Part shown: positions 8,792 through 16,767 of the stretch, piece by piece
How the letters are laid out: every line of letters starts with the position of its first letter
How positions within the stretch are numbered: position 1 is the stretch's first letter
Source: an uncultured Dehalococcoidia bacterium
Lineage (GTDB): Bacteria > Chloroflexota > Dehalococcoidia > Lucifugimonadales > UBA3495
DNA length: 23,074 nucleotides
Assembly: GCA_950072105.1 (NCBI GenBank)
Contig: CATMOE010000056.1
Span: 1-23,074 of the forward strand
Direction of reading: 5' to 3'
The notes under the pieces: generated by a model
What the model was told of the DNA's origin: nothing
What the model saw: only the letters and a program-made list of their open reading frames with translations
The model's database searches: none
Program-made: the position numbers and the translations under genes

Positions 8792-9973
8792 TTACTGGTA
8801 TTTCAGCCGGGGGCCGACGGTGGCCATATATCCTTCGTAATTACGGCGGGTTTCCGGGATAGAGTCGCCGCCAAATTTTTCCATGAAGGCGCCGGCCAAA
8901 ACCAGAGCGACCATGGACTCGCCAATGACGCCGGCAGGGGGCACCTGGCAGACATCGGAGCGCTCGTAATGGGCTTGGACGAGGTCACCGGTGTCCAGGT
9001 CCACGGAAGGCAATGGGTTTGTTATGGTGGCGATGGGTTTGATAGCGAAGCGGGCGACCAAGGGCATACCGTCGGTCATCCCACCCTCGGTGCCTCCGGC
9101 CCGGTTGGTCTCCCTTTGCCACGGATTGTCGGGGTCGGTCACCGGCAGAATCACGTCATGGACCTGAGAGCCACGCAAGTCGGCGACTTCGAAGCCCGGG
9201 CCGATGGACACGGCTTTCACGGCGTTGATGGACATCAATGCCTGAGCTACAAGGGCGTCGATCTTCCGGTCCCAGTGGACGTGGGAACCCAATCCGATGG
9301 GCACATTTTCCGCGATGATCTCCACGGTCCCACCGACGGTGTCTCCAGCTTCCTTGGCAGCGTCGATCTCGGCCATCATCCTCGTGGCCGCCTCCGGATC
9401 GGCGCAGCGCACTGGGGACTCTTCAACCGCCTGCCAGTCGATAACATCCGGTATCTCGGCCTTGATGCCGCCGATGGAGATTACGTGGCTATGCAGCCGG
9501 ATGCCAAACTCTTCCAGCAAGCGCATCGCCACGGCGCCGGCGGCGACGCGGGCTGCAGTCTCCCGGGCGCTGGCCCGCTCTAAAACGTCGCGGACGTCCT
9601 GGAACCCATACTTCATCGCTCCCGGCAGATCGGCGTGGCCGGGGCGTATGCGAGTGACCCGCTTTGAACGCTCGTCGTGACTGGTATCCCCCACATCTTC
9701 CACGGCCATAGCAGTTTCCCAGTTGACCCAGTCCTTGTTCTCTATCGTCATGCCGATGGGACTGCCCAGCGTGCGACCGTGGCGAACGCCGGACATTATG
9801 TGGGCATGATCCTGTTCGATGAGCATCCGGCCCCCGCGGCCGTAACCCCGCTGACGCCGGGCCAACTGAGACGCGATGTACTCCTCGCCAATGGGCAAGG
9901 CTGCCGGGACGCCCTCGACGATTATTACCAATCCCTGACCGTGGGACTCACCTGCAGTGAAAAACCGGACCAT
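8792..9973 (-). CDS. aroC: Chorismate synthase
   Basis: RFFTAGESHG, RRQRGYGRGGRM, RPGHAD, ERASARETAARVAAG, TNRAGGTEGGMTDG, ERSD. Confidence 0.98.
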   Translation of the reverse strand: MVRFFTAGESHGQGLVIIVEGVPAALPIGEEYIASQLARRQRGYGRGGRMLIEQDHAHIMSGVRHGRTLGSPIGMTIENKDWVNWETAMAVEDVGDTSHDERSKRVTRIRPGHADLPGAMKYGFQDVRDVLERASARETAARVAAGAVAMRLLEEFGIRLHSHVISIGGIKAEIPDVIDWQAVEESPVRCADPEAATRMMAEIDAAKEAGDTVGGTVEIIAENVPIGLGSHVHWDRKIDALVAQALMSINAVKAVSIGPGFEVADLRGSQVHDVILPVTDPDNPWQRETNRAGGTEGGMTDGMPLVARFAIKPIATITNPLPSVDLDTGDLVQAHYERSDVCQVPPAGVIGESMVALVLAGAFMEKFGGDSIPETRRNYEGYMATVGPRLKYQ

Positions 9974-10065
9974 CTACGGCCCTCCCTGATACACATCACT
10001 AATTTGGCCGGAAAATACATCTGGGGAACCCTCTAGGCTCCCCAGACCATTGAAACCGTAAGAGA

Positions 10066-10917
10066 TTACCGGGCCGCCATTGCCTTGGTGGCTGCTTCCA
10101 GCATCACCGCTACCGGCGCGTCTTGGCCGGTCCACATCTCGAAAGAGGCGGCGCCCTGGTATATCAGCATATGTATGCCGCCCAGACATGCGGCTCCCGC
10201 CTCGGCAGCCGCTTTCAATAGCGGCGTCACCAAAGGATTATACACCAGGTCGTTTACCAGCACGTTGGATGGGATGCTTGCCGCGGGAAGGGGCGAGCCT
10301 GCCTCATCGGGGCCGTGGGACATTCCGATGGTGGTGCAGTTTACGATCAAGTCCGCCGCACCGGCCGCCTCCGTCAGATCCTTCACGTCTAAGGGAATGG
10401 CGAGGCCTTCAGTGTCCGCCGACTGCGCCAACTCAGCAAGGCGCTGACCTCTTTCCAAGGTACGATTGGCGATGGTAATGGTGGCAACCTTTGCCCGTGA
10501 CAGCGCCAACACCACGCCACGAGCCGCGCCTCCGGCTCCCAGAACCAACACGCGGCTTCCTTCCGGTACGAAGCCTCCCTCGTCCCGCAATGCCCTCAAG
10601 AAACCCAAGCCGTCGGTGTTATGGCCGGTAAGGCGTCCTTCCCGGTTGACGATGGTGTTTACGGCACCGGCGGCAGTCGCCCAATCGTCGACCTCATCAA
10701 TATAAGGAATCACCGCCTCTTTGTGAGGGACAGTGACGTTGATACCCCATGCGCCGTCCCGGCGCAGATCGCCGACGAATCGGCCCACTTGCTCCGGCGC
10801 AACCTCGAAAGCTTGGTAAGTCGCATCGATGCCGCAGTGGTCCAGGGCGGCTTGTTGGAAGATGGGTGAGATGGAGTGGGCTATGGGGTAGCCTATGATA
10901 CCCAAGCTGGCAGGCAA
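10066..10917 (-). CDS. aroE: Shikimate dehydrogenase
   Basis: GYPIAHSISP, GINVTVPHKE, GAVNT, GHNTDG, GAGGAARG, DLVYNP..TPLL, MLIYQGA.SFEMWTG; TTG start. Confidence 0.97.
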   Translation of the reverse strand: MPASLGIIGYPIAHSISPIFQQAALDHCGIDATYQAFEVAPEQVGRFVGDLRRDGAWGINVTVPHKEAVIPYIDEVDDWATAAGAVNTIVNREGRLTGHNTDGLGFLRALRDEGGFVPEGSRVLVLGAGGAARGVVLALSRAKVATITIANRTLERGQRLAELAQSADTEGLAIPLDVKDLTEAAGAADLIVNCTTIGMSHGPDEAGSPLPAASIPSNVLVNDLVYNPLVTPLLKAAAEAGAACLGGIHMLIYQGAASFEMWTGQDAPVAVMLEAATKAMAAR

Positions 10918-11104
10918 AACGGTCTTTCCTACGCCTAGTGGTTTGGGGTCTAGCGATGTGTAGGCGCCTCATTCGAGTATACAAGCAGCCTCATACCTCA
11001 GCAAGGCGGCTAGGAAGCCGCTACCATGGATGGGCGGATGGGCGCTTAGGCATAAACCGCTAGGGAGCGCACCAGACAGATGAGGCATGGATTCGAGCCA
11101 AGGC

Positions 11105-11135
11105 TTGACATTCTAGGGACTGGAAGGAATAAGCT
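11105..11135 (+). promoter_or_regulatory. MerR-type promoter/operator with 19-bp spacer
   Basis: TTGACA (11105-11110)-N19-TAAGCT (11130-11135), with imperfect dyad ACATTCT-N7-GGAAGGA (11108-11128) resembling the CueR box ACCTTCC-N7-GGAAGGT. Confidence 0.8.
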
Positions 11136-11152
11136 GATCTGGGAGGTCAGCC

Positions 11153-11602
11153 ATGCGAAGTACGCTTACCATCGGCCAGGTGGCCAAAGCAACCGGGATA
11201 AACGCCAAGACAATACGCTACTACGAGGAAGCCGGGGTGGCCCCGCCACCGCAACGGAGCCAATCTGGGTACCGGATGTACTCCGAGACGGATGTGCGGC
11301 GATTCGATCTCATCAGGCGGGCTAGGTCCTTGGATATGACGCTGTCAGACGTGAAGCAACTGGCAGAGTTGGCAGGTAGCGGAGGGTGCGACGCATTTCA
11401 GCAACAATTCCAAGAAGTAGTACGCCGTAAGCAGGAAGACGTGGACCGGCGTATCGCCGACTTGTTGGCTTTGAAGCAAGACCTGCAACAGGTGGAATCT
11501 CACCTCACCACGATGTCTGAAGGCGAAGCCGCGGCTTGCGATACGGTGCTGGAGTGTCCGCCGGAAGCGTGCGATTGCCTGGGAACCAAGGTTAGAGTTT
11601 AG
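11153..11602 (+). CDS. Heavy-metal-responsive MerR-family transcriptional regulator
   Basis: TIGQVAKATGINAKTIRYYEEAG...RSQSGYRMYS HTH; Cys79 at the start of the dimerisation helix; C-terminal C129, C135, C140, C142; GGAGG RBS. Confidence 0.93.
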   Translation: MRSTLTIGQVAKATGINAKTIRYYEEAGVAPPPQRSQSGYRMYSETDVRRFDLIRRARSLDMTLSDVKQLAELAGSGGCDAFQQQFQEVVRRKQEDVDRRIADLLALKQDLQQVESHLTTMSEGEAAACDTVLECPPEACDCLGTKVRV

Positions 11603-11629
11603 AGCTCAAAAAATATAGGAGGCTCCAAA

Positions 11630-11872
11630 ATGCCAGAAACAACAAACGTGGAAAGCGCGACTGAAGAGAATCTAAATCAGGATTGTGGTTGCGGCTGCGG
11701 CTGTAGCTCCGTTGCCGCCGGGAATAACGACTGTGGCTGTGGTTGCAGCGGAGACTCGTGTGGCTCAGATTGGCAAGAGTTGAATTTTGTGGGAGAAGCC
11801 CAGGTCACCGCCGCGCGCCAACAAGGTGCTGGGCAAGATTGCGGCTGCGGCTGTTGCTCATCGGCGGAATGA
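11630..11872 (+). CDS. Small Cys-rich protein, candidate metallothionein / metal-sequestering protein
   Basis: Strong RBS AGGAGG (11617-11622); 80 aa with 12 Cys in three clusters DCGCGCGC, DCGCGCSGDSC, DCGCGCC; 27 nt downstream of merR. Confidence 0.75.
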   Translation: MPETTNVESATEENLNQDCGCGCGCSSVAAGNNDCGCGCSGDSCGSDWQELNFVGEAQVTAARQQGAGQDCGCGCCSSAE

Positions 11873-11933
11873 TCCGCAGCCTATTTCATCGCATTGGCGA
11901 GGTTCCGGAGCAGCTTGGAGAGACGAGGTAAAA

Positions 11934-14630
11934 CTACCCCTCCAACTGCTCCAGAATCTCTTTCAGACGCTGCTGGCGTTCCTCCAAGGACTTGAACCTT
12001 TCTTCCGTTGTTTCCACAACTTCCGGTTTGGCTTTGGCGCGGAAATTCGGGTTGGCCACCAGCTTTCCGACCCTGGTTAAGTTGCTCTCACAGTCGGCCA
12101 GCTCGCCCCGCAGGCGTTCAGCCTCAGCCAAAATGTCCACCACCCCTTCCAATGGCAGCCGCACCACCAAGGGATCCACCACCAAGGTGATTCCCCGGGG
12201 CTGGTTGGCGGTTTCCCCGTCACCGGACACGACCTTCAGCGGGTCGATCCGGGAAAGGTTCCGGATAAGATCCGCCTCTTCTTCTATGGTGCTCTGGAGG
12301 CCGTTGGCATCCACTATCGCTTCCAAGAACTGGTTGGCGGGTATCTGCAACTGGGCACGGGTATTACGCACGGCGCGGATGGTCTGCATCACCAGAGAAA
12401 TCTCTCTCTCCGCATTTTCGTCTTGGAGTCCGGAATCGGCTAGAGGATATGGAGAAACCATGATGGACTCGGGCAGGCCGCCTTCGCTGGGGAGCCGTTC
12501 CATCAGGTTCTGCCAGATCTCCTCGGTAATAAAGGGCATAAAGGGATGCAGCAGGCGCAATGTGCGCTCAAGTACGTGGGTTAGTATGGGCAAAGGTGAC
12601 GGGGTCGCGCCGGACCGCAGGCGAATCTTCGCCATTTCGATGTACCAGTCGCAGTAGTCGTTCCAGATGAAGTCGTACAACTTCTGCTGGGCTTCACCAA
12701 GCTCGAAGGCTTCCAGCGACCTATTGACGTCTTCGATGGTCCGGTTCAGGCGGCTGATGATCCATCTGTCTTCCCGGTGTTCCGGAGCGGGCAGATCAAA
12801 CCAGCCATCAAGGCCGTCTTTGCCCTGGATGCTGGTGAGCACAAACCGTGAGGCGTTCCAAACCTTGTTGGCAAAGTTTCGCGCCGCTTCCAGCCTAGAC
12901 TCGGCAAAACGCAGGTCGTTACCCGGCGCGGTGCCGGTAGTCAGAGCAAACCGAAGCGCGTCGGTGCCGTATTTATCAATCAACTCCAGGGGGTCCATGG
13001 TGTTACCCCGGGTTTTGCTCATCTTGGCGCCAGAGGCGTCCCGGATGAGGCCATGAAGAAAAACGGTCTTGAAGGGCACTTGCCCGGTATTCTCGATGCC
13101 CATCATTATCATGCGGGCGACCCAGAAGAAGAGGATGTCGTAGCCGGTCTCAAGAACGGTAGTGGGGTAGAAGTAATCCAAGTCCTCGGTTTCTTCCGGC
13201 CAGCCAAGGGTTGAATGGGGCCAGAGTCCAGAGCTGAACCAAGTGTCCAGAACATCGGGGTCCTGTTCAAGTTTGGAGGAGCCGCAGGCAACACAGCTCG
13301 AGGGGTCCTCCATCAACGACATCATTTCCCCGCACTCTTGGCAGTACCACACCGGGATGCGGTGTCCCCACCAAAGCTGGCGGCTGATGCACCAGTCGCG
13401 GATGTTTTCCAGCCAGTTGAGATATACCCGGGTGAAACGCTCCGGCACCAGAGCAATATCCCCCTGGGCCACGGCAGCGTGGGCCCGGCCGGCGATGCTG
13501 TCCGGATCCTTATGGCTGCCAACGTTGACGAACCATTGAAGACTGATCAGCGGCTCCACCACCGTGTCGCACCGCTGGCAATGGCCCACGGAGTGCCGGT
13601 AATCTTCCACCTTTTCCAGCAGCCCCAGGGTCTCCAACTCAGCTACCACTTCCTTCCGAACCTCGAACCGCTCTTTTCCAGCGTATTTGCCAGCGGCATC
13701 CGTCATGTTACCGTCCAGTCCGATAACGGTCACAATCTCCAGACCGTGGCGCTGGCCTATCTCCAAGTCCACCGGGTCGTGGCCCGGGGTTACTTTCAGG
13801 GCGCCGGTTCCGAAATCCAGGGCAATGGCCTCGTCGCCGACTATGGGAATGGCTCGGCCCATGATGGGCAATACGACCTGCTTCCCTAGGAAGTCACGGT
13901 AGCGAGGGTCGTCGGGATGGACCGCCACACCAGTATCACCCAACATGGTTTCCGGACGGGTGGTGGCCACGGTGATGTGGGAGGTGGGATCGTCCGCCAA
14001 GGGATAGTGGATATGGTACAGAGCGCCATCTTGCTCTTCGTGATTGACTTCCAGGTCCGAAAGAGCGGTGGCGCACCGGATGCACCAGTTAATCATTCGC
14101 TCGTGGCGGTATATCAGGCCTTTGTTATACAGATTCACGAAGGTGGTGCGGACCGCCTTGACCGGGCCCGGATCCAACGTGAACTTATGTCGCGAAGAGT
14201 CGGCGGAAATACCGAGACGACGCGATTGCTCGTGGATAATACCTCCGTATTTCTCCACATGCTCCCAGACCAACTTCAGGAACTTCTCCCGGCCTAATTC
14301 GTGACGGTCACGGCCTTCCGCAGCCAGTTGACGCTCGACAGCCCACTGGGTGGCTATGCCGGCGTGGTCGGTCCCCGGCAGCCAAAGGGTCGGAACGCCC
14401 GACATCCGCCGCCACCGCACCAAAGCGTCCTCTAAGGCCTTTTCCAGAGCGTGCCCCAGGTGCAGTTCACCGGTCACGTTGGGCGGCGGCATGATTATCG
14501 TGTAAGGCGTTGCATTGGGGTCCCGGACGGCCTTGAAATAGTCCTTGGCCATCCAGGTTTCATAGATACGGCGCTCCACGTCGGCCGCGTTGTAGACGCT
14601 GGGTATATCAGCGGAAGGCTTGGCGGTCAT
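11934..14630 (-). CDS. valS: Valine--tRNA ligase
   Basis: PPPNVTGELHLGH (HIGH), PGTDHAGIATQ, ATTRPET, DWCISRQLWWGHRIP, KMSKT (KMSKS), C-terminal coiled coil. Confidence 0.98.
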   Translation of the reverse strand: MTAKPSADIPSVYNAADVERRIYETWMAKDYFKAVRDPNATPYTIIMPPPNVTGELHLGHALEKALEDALVRWRRMSGVPTLWLPGTDHAGIATQWAVERQLAAEGRDRHELGREKFLKLVWEHVEKYGGIIHEQSRRLGISADSSRHKFTLDPGPVKAVRTTFVNLYNKGLIYRHERMINWCIRCATALSDLEVNHEEQDGALYHIHYPLADDPTSHITVATTRPETMLGDTGVAVHPDDPRYRDFLGKQVVLPIMGRAIPIVGDEAIALDFGTGALKVTPGHDPVDLEIGQRHGLEIVTVIGLDGNMTDAAGKYAGKERFEVRKEVVAELETLGLLEKVEDYRHSVGHCQRCDTVVEPLISLQWFVNVGSHKDPDSIAGRAHAAVAQGDIALVPERFTRVYLNWLENIRDWCISRQLWWGHRIPVWYCQECGEMMSLMEDPSSCVACGSSKLEQDPDVLDTWFSSGLWPHSTLGWPEETEDLDYFYPTTVLETGYDILFFWVARMIMMGIENTGQVPFKTVFLHGLIRDASGAKMSKTRGNTMDPLELIDKYGTDALRFALTTGTAPGNDLRFAESRLEAARNFANKVWNASRFVLTSIQGKDGLDGWFDLPAPEHREDRWIISRLNRTIEDVNRSLEAFELGEAQQKLYDFIWNDYCDWYIEMAKIRLRSGATPSPLPILTHVLERTLRLLHPFMPFITEEIWQNLMERLPSEGGLPESIMVSPYPLADSGLQDENAEREISLVMQTIRAVRNTRAQLQIPANQFLEAIVDANGLQSTIEEEADLIRNLSRIDPLKVVSGDGETANQPRGITLVVDPLVVRLPLEGVVDILAEAERLRGELADCESNLTRVGKLVANPNFRAKAKPEVVETTEERFKSLEERQQRLKEILEQLEG

Positions 14631-14762
14631 ACTCCGGTCCTCTTAGCAACTCCTAGAAAAATCGCCCCCGCCGATGATAGGTGATCACTGGGGGCTGTCA
14701 GCAAATATACCACCGGTGCGTCTGGGCCGTCCATGGGAGCGAGCCGGGGTTTGAATGATCTA

Positions 14763-14790
14763 TGGATCCCGGCCTTCGCCGGAATGACGG
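14763..14790 (+). repeat. REP-like palindromic element (TGGATyCCGGC-TTC-GCCGGAATGAC type)
   Basis: TGGATCCCGGCCTTCGCCGGAATGACGG with a CCGGC/GCCGG hairpin, between the S1 gene and valS. Confidence 0.6.
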
Positions 14791-14843
14791 AGGTCCTGGC
14801 GATGCGTTGGCGGTATGGGGGATGGGTCGACGAGAAGTTACGA

Positions 14844-15938
14844 CTACATTCCGTAGGCTTGCCTGTAGCTCAATGCGATGCGGCGCTTCTCGGTATCTAT
14901 ATTCAGGATCATTACCCGTACTTTCTGGCCCCGGTAGACGCACTCACTGGGGTTGGTGACGACTCGCGAGGACAGTTCCGAGATGTGAACCAGACCTTCT
15001 ATCCCGTCTTCCAGGTTTACGAAAGCGCCGAAGGGGGCCAAGTTGCTGACAGTTCCCTCGGTCACCTGGCCCACTGTATACCGTTCGTTTACCGTATCCC
15101 ACGGTTCGGGCTGAGTGCGTTTCAAACTAAGGGTAAGGCGCCGATTGGCCGCATCCACCCGCAGCACGTACACCTCTACCGGGTCGCCGATGGTCACCAC
15201 CTCATCCGGCGTCTTTATCATCTTCCAAGAAAGCTCCGATATGGGAATCAGTCCGTCGATCTCCCCCAGGTCTACGAATGCCCCGAAATCCCGGATGGAG
15301 GTGATCCGGCCGGAAAGGATCGTACCCTCTTCAAGCTTGGCGAGAATACGGTCGTGGGCCTCAGCCTGGGCTTTCTGCCATATCGCCCTCTCGGATAGCA
15401 CTAGGCGATTCTGGTCCCGGTCTATCTCCAGAACGTTGAACTCTGATTGCAGTTTGACCCGAGCCGCCAATCCCTCTTCTCTGGTTACTCCGGGGGTTGG
15501 CGCCAGGTGGGAAAATGGTACGAACCCGCGGATTCCCAGGCAATCGACTTCCAAACCTCCCCGGTTCTGCCCGGTGACCAGTGCGGTAATCACAGTGTTT
15601 TCGTCCAGATGCTGCTGCAACGTCTGCCAACTCCGAACTTCTTGAGCCTGGTCGTAGGACAGCAAGGGCATGTCTCCGGGACCCCGCCCTCCGACGATGG
15701 CCACGGCGATCGCCTGGCCGGGTTCAAGCAGCATCTGGTCTTCAAGGGAGAGCATCCGCATTTCGTGGAGCGGCACCATGCCTTCCATTTTCAGACCCAC
15801 GCTCACAACGATACCTTCTTCGTCGACGCGAACTACTTCCCCTTCCACGATCTCGCCAGGCGTGTAGGATCTAGGAGACAGGTCCTCTTCGGTCAGTTCG
15901 GACATCTGGGAGGGTAAGTCTGAGTTTGCCTCAATCAA
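14844..15938 (-). CDS. rpsA: 30S ribosomal protein S1-like protein (four S1 domains)
   Basis: Four S1 repeats (GEIVEGEVV..., RGFVPFSHL, DFGAFVDLGEIDGLIPISELSW, PFGAFVNLEDGIEGLVHISELS). Could be a paralogue rather than the main S1; TTG start uncertain. Confidence 0.8.
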   Translation of the reverse strand: MIEANSDLPSQMSELTEEDLSPRSYTPGEIVEGEVVRVDEEGIVVSVGLKMEGMVPLHEMRMLSLEDQMLLEPGQAIAVAIVGGRGPGDMPLLSYDQAQEVRSWQTLQQHLDENTVITALVTGQNRGGLEVDCLGIRGFVPFSHLAPTPGVTREEGLAARVKLQSEFNVLEIDRDQNRLVLSERAIWQKAQAEAHDRILAKLEEGTILSGRITSIRDFGAFVDLGEIDGLIPISELSWKMIKTPDEVVTIGDPVEVYVLRVDAANRRLTLSLKRTQPEPWDTVNERYTVGQVTEGTVSNLAPFGAFVNLEDGIEGLVHISELSSRVVTNPSECVYRGQKVRVMILNIDTEKRRIALSYRQAYGM

Positions 15939-15987
15939 AGGGAGTTATTCTCCTTAAATTTGGTAGGGGGCGCCACTGATGACATTC

Positions 15988-16767
15988 TTATTCTACGCCT
16001 TCCCACTTGGGGATGGTCTGCACGCCCTGCTCCAACTGGCGCAGGCGGCGGAGTCCTTTGCGGGTGTCGCTGGCTACTCTGGCCGGGTCCCACATCTCTA
16101 CGCGGCGCTTGAACAGCCAGTAGGTGAACTGTTTTAGGTTGTCCAGAGTGAGGTTTTTACCACGGTGGAGGTGTTCCTTACGGCGAAACTCGTCCAGGAG
16201 GCCGGTCCTGGTTTCACCGTACAGGTGGGTAAATGCCTCTTCTACCATGTCTTCGCTGTCGGAGTAGCCGCGGGCCTTGTGCCGCTTTCTCACGTCTTCC
16301 TCGACCCCCAGTTGCAACGCTTCCTCCACCACCACGCCGTAGCAGTAGTTCAAGTACCCCCGGTATTTGCTCGTGCCCAACAGGTCCCGGAACGCCTCCG
16401 GTTCCACCGGCTCCGGCATCTTTCCATGGAACAGCAGACGTTCTTTCTCTTCGGCAGGTATGAATCCGTCCAACTCAACGCAGAGCCGCTCGGCCAGCAC
16501 CAGCCAATCGAAGGCCTCGCCTTGAATCATGTAACGGTAGGTACGACCCCGGTATACCTCATCAGGCAATGTCCACGCACCGATAGCTTCTAGTAAAGCT
16601 TGCTGCCAGGAAGTCCCAGACTGGACCGCCGACTTCAGGTGCAACACGGCCTCCGGGATATGGCCGTTGAGCGCGGATCCCGGCTGAACGGGATCCGCGC
16701 CAACCTCAGACTGGCCGCCGGGAGGAGAAGGAGCTGACGCTGCCGTGGAGCCTGGATGCTGACTCAT
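15988..16767 (-). CDS. Hypothetical protein translationally coupled to polX (259 aa)
   Basis: ATG 16767 overlaps the polX stop (ATGA) and follows GAAGG; globular-looking sequence (YRYMIQGEAFDWLVLAERL, ARVASDTRKGL). Family not recognised. Confidence 0.75.
   Translation of the reverse strand: MSQHPGSTAASAPSPPGGQSEVGADPVQPGSALNGHIPEAVLHLKSAVQSGTSWQQALLEAIGAWTLPDEVYRGRTYRYMIQGEAFDWLVLAERLCVELDGFIPAEEKERLLFHGKMPEPVEPEAFRDLLGTSKYRGYLNYCYGVVVEEALQLGVEEDVRKRHKARGYSDSEDMVEEAFTHLYGETRTGLLDEFRRKEHLHRGKNLTLDNLKQFTYWLFKRRVEMWDPARVASDTRKGLRRLRQLEQGVQTIPKWEGVE

Noticed and set aside
8702..9583. 293-aa + strand ORF and similar antisense ORFs over valS, S1 and polX
   Set aside because: Shadow frames of well-supported GC-rich genes, with no recognisable motifs.
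11630..11872. RiPP precursor interpretation of the Cys-rich ORF
   Set aside because: No modifying enzyme, protease or transporter nearby, and it follows a metal-sensing MerR; not fully excluded.
14631..14760. T-box riboswitch in the valS leader
   Set aside because: No T-box consensus or Stem I motifs; only a GCCCCC/GGGGGC hairpin with a short T run, and the GGTGGTATATT segment reads better as an extended -10.
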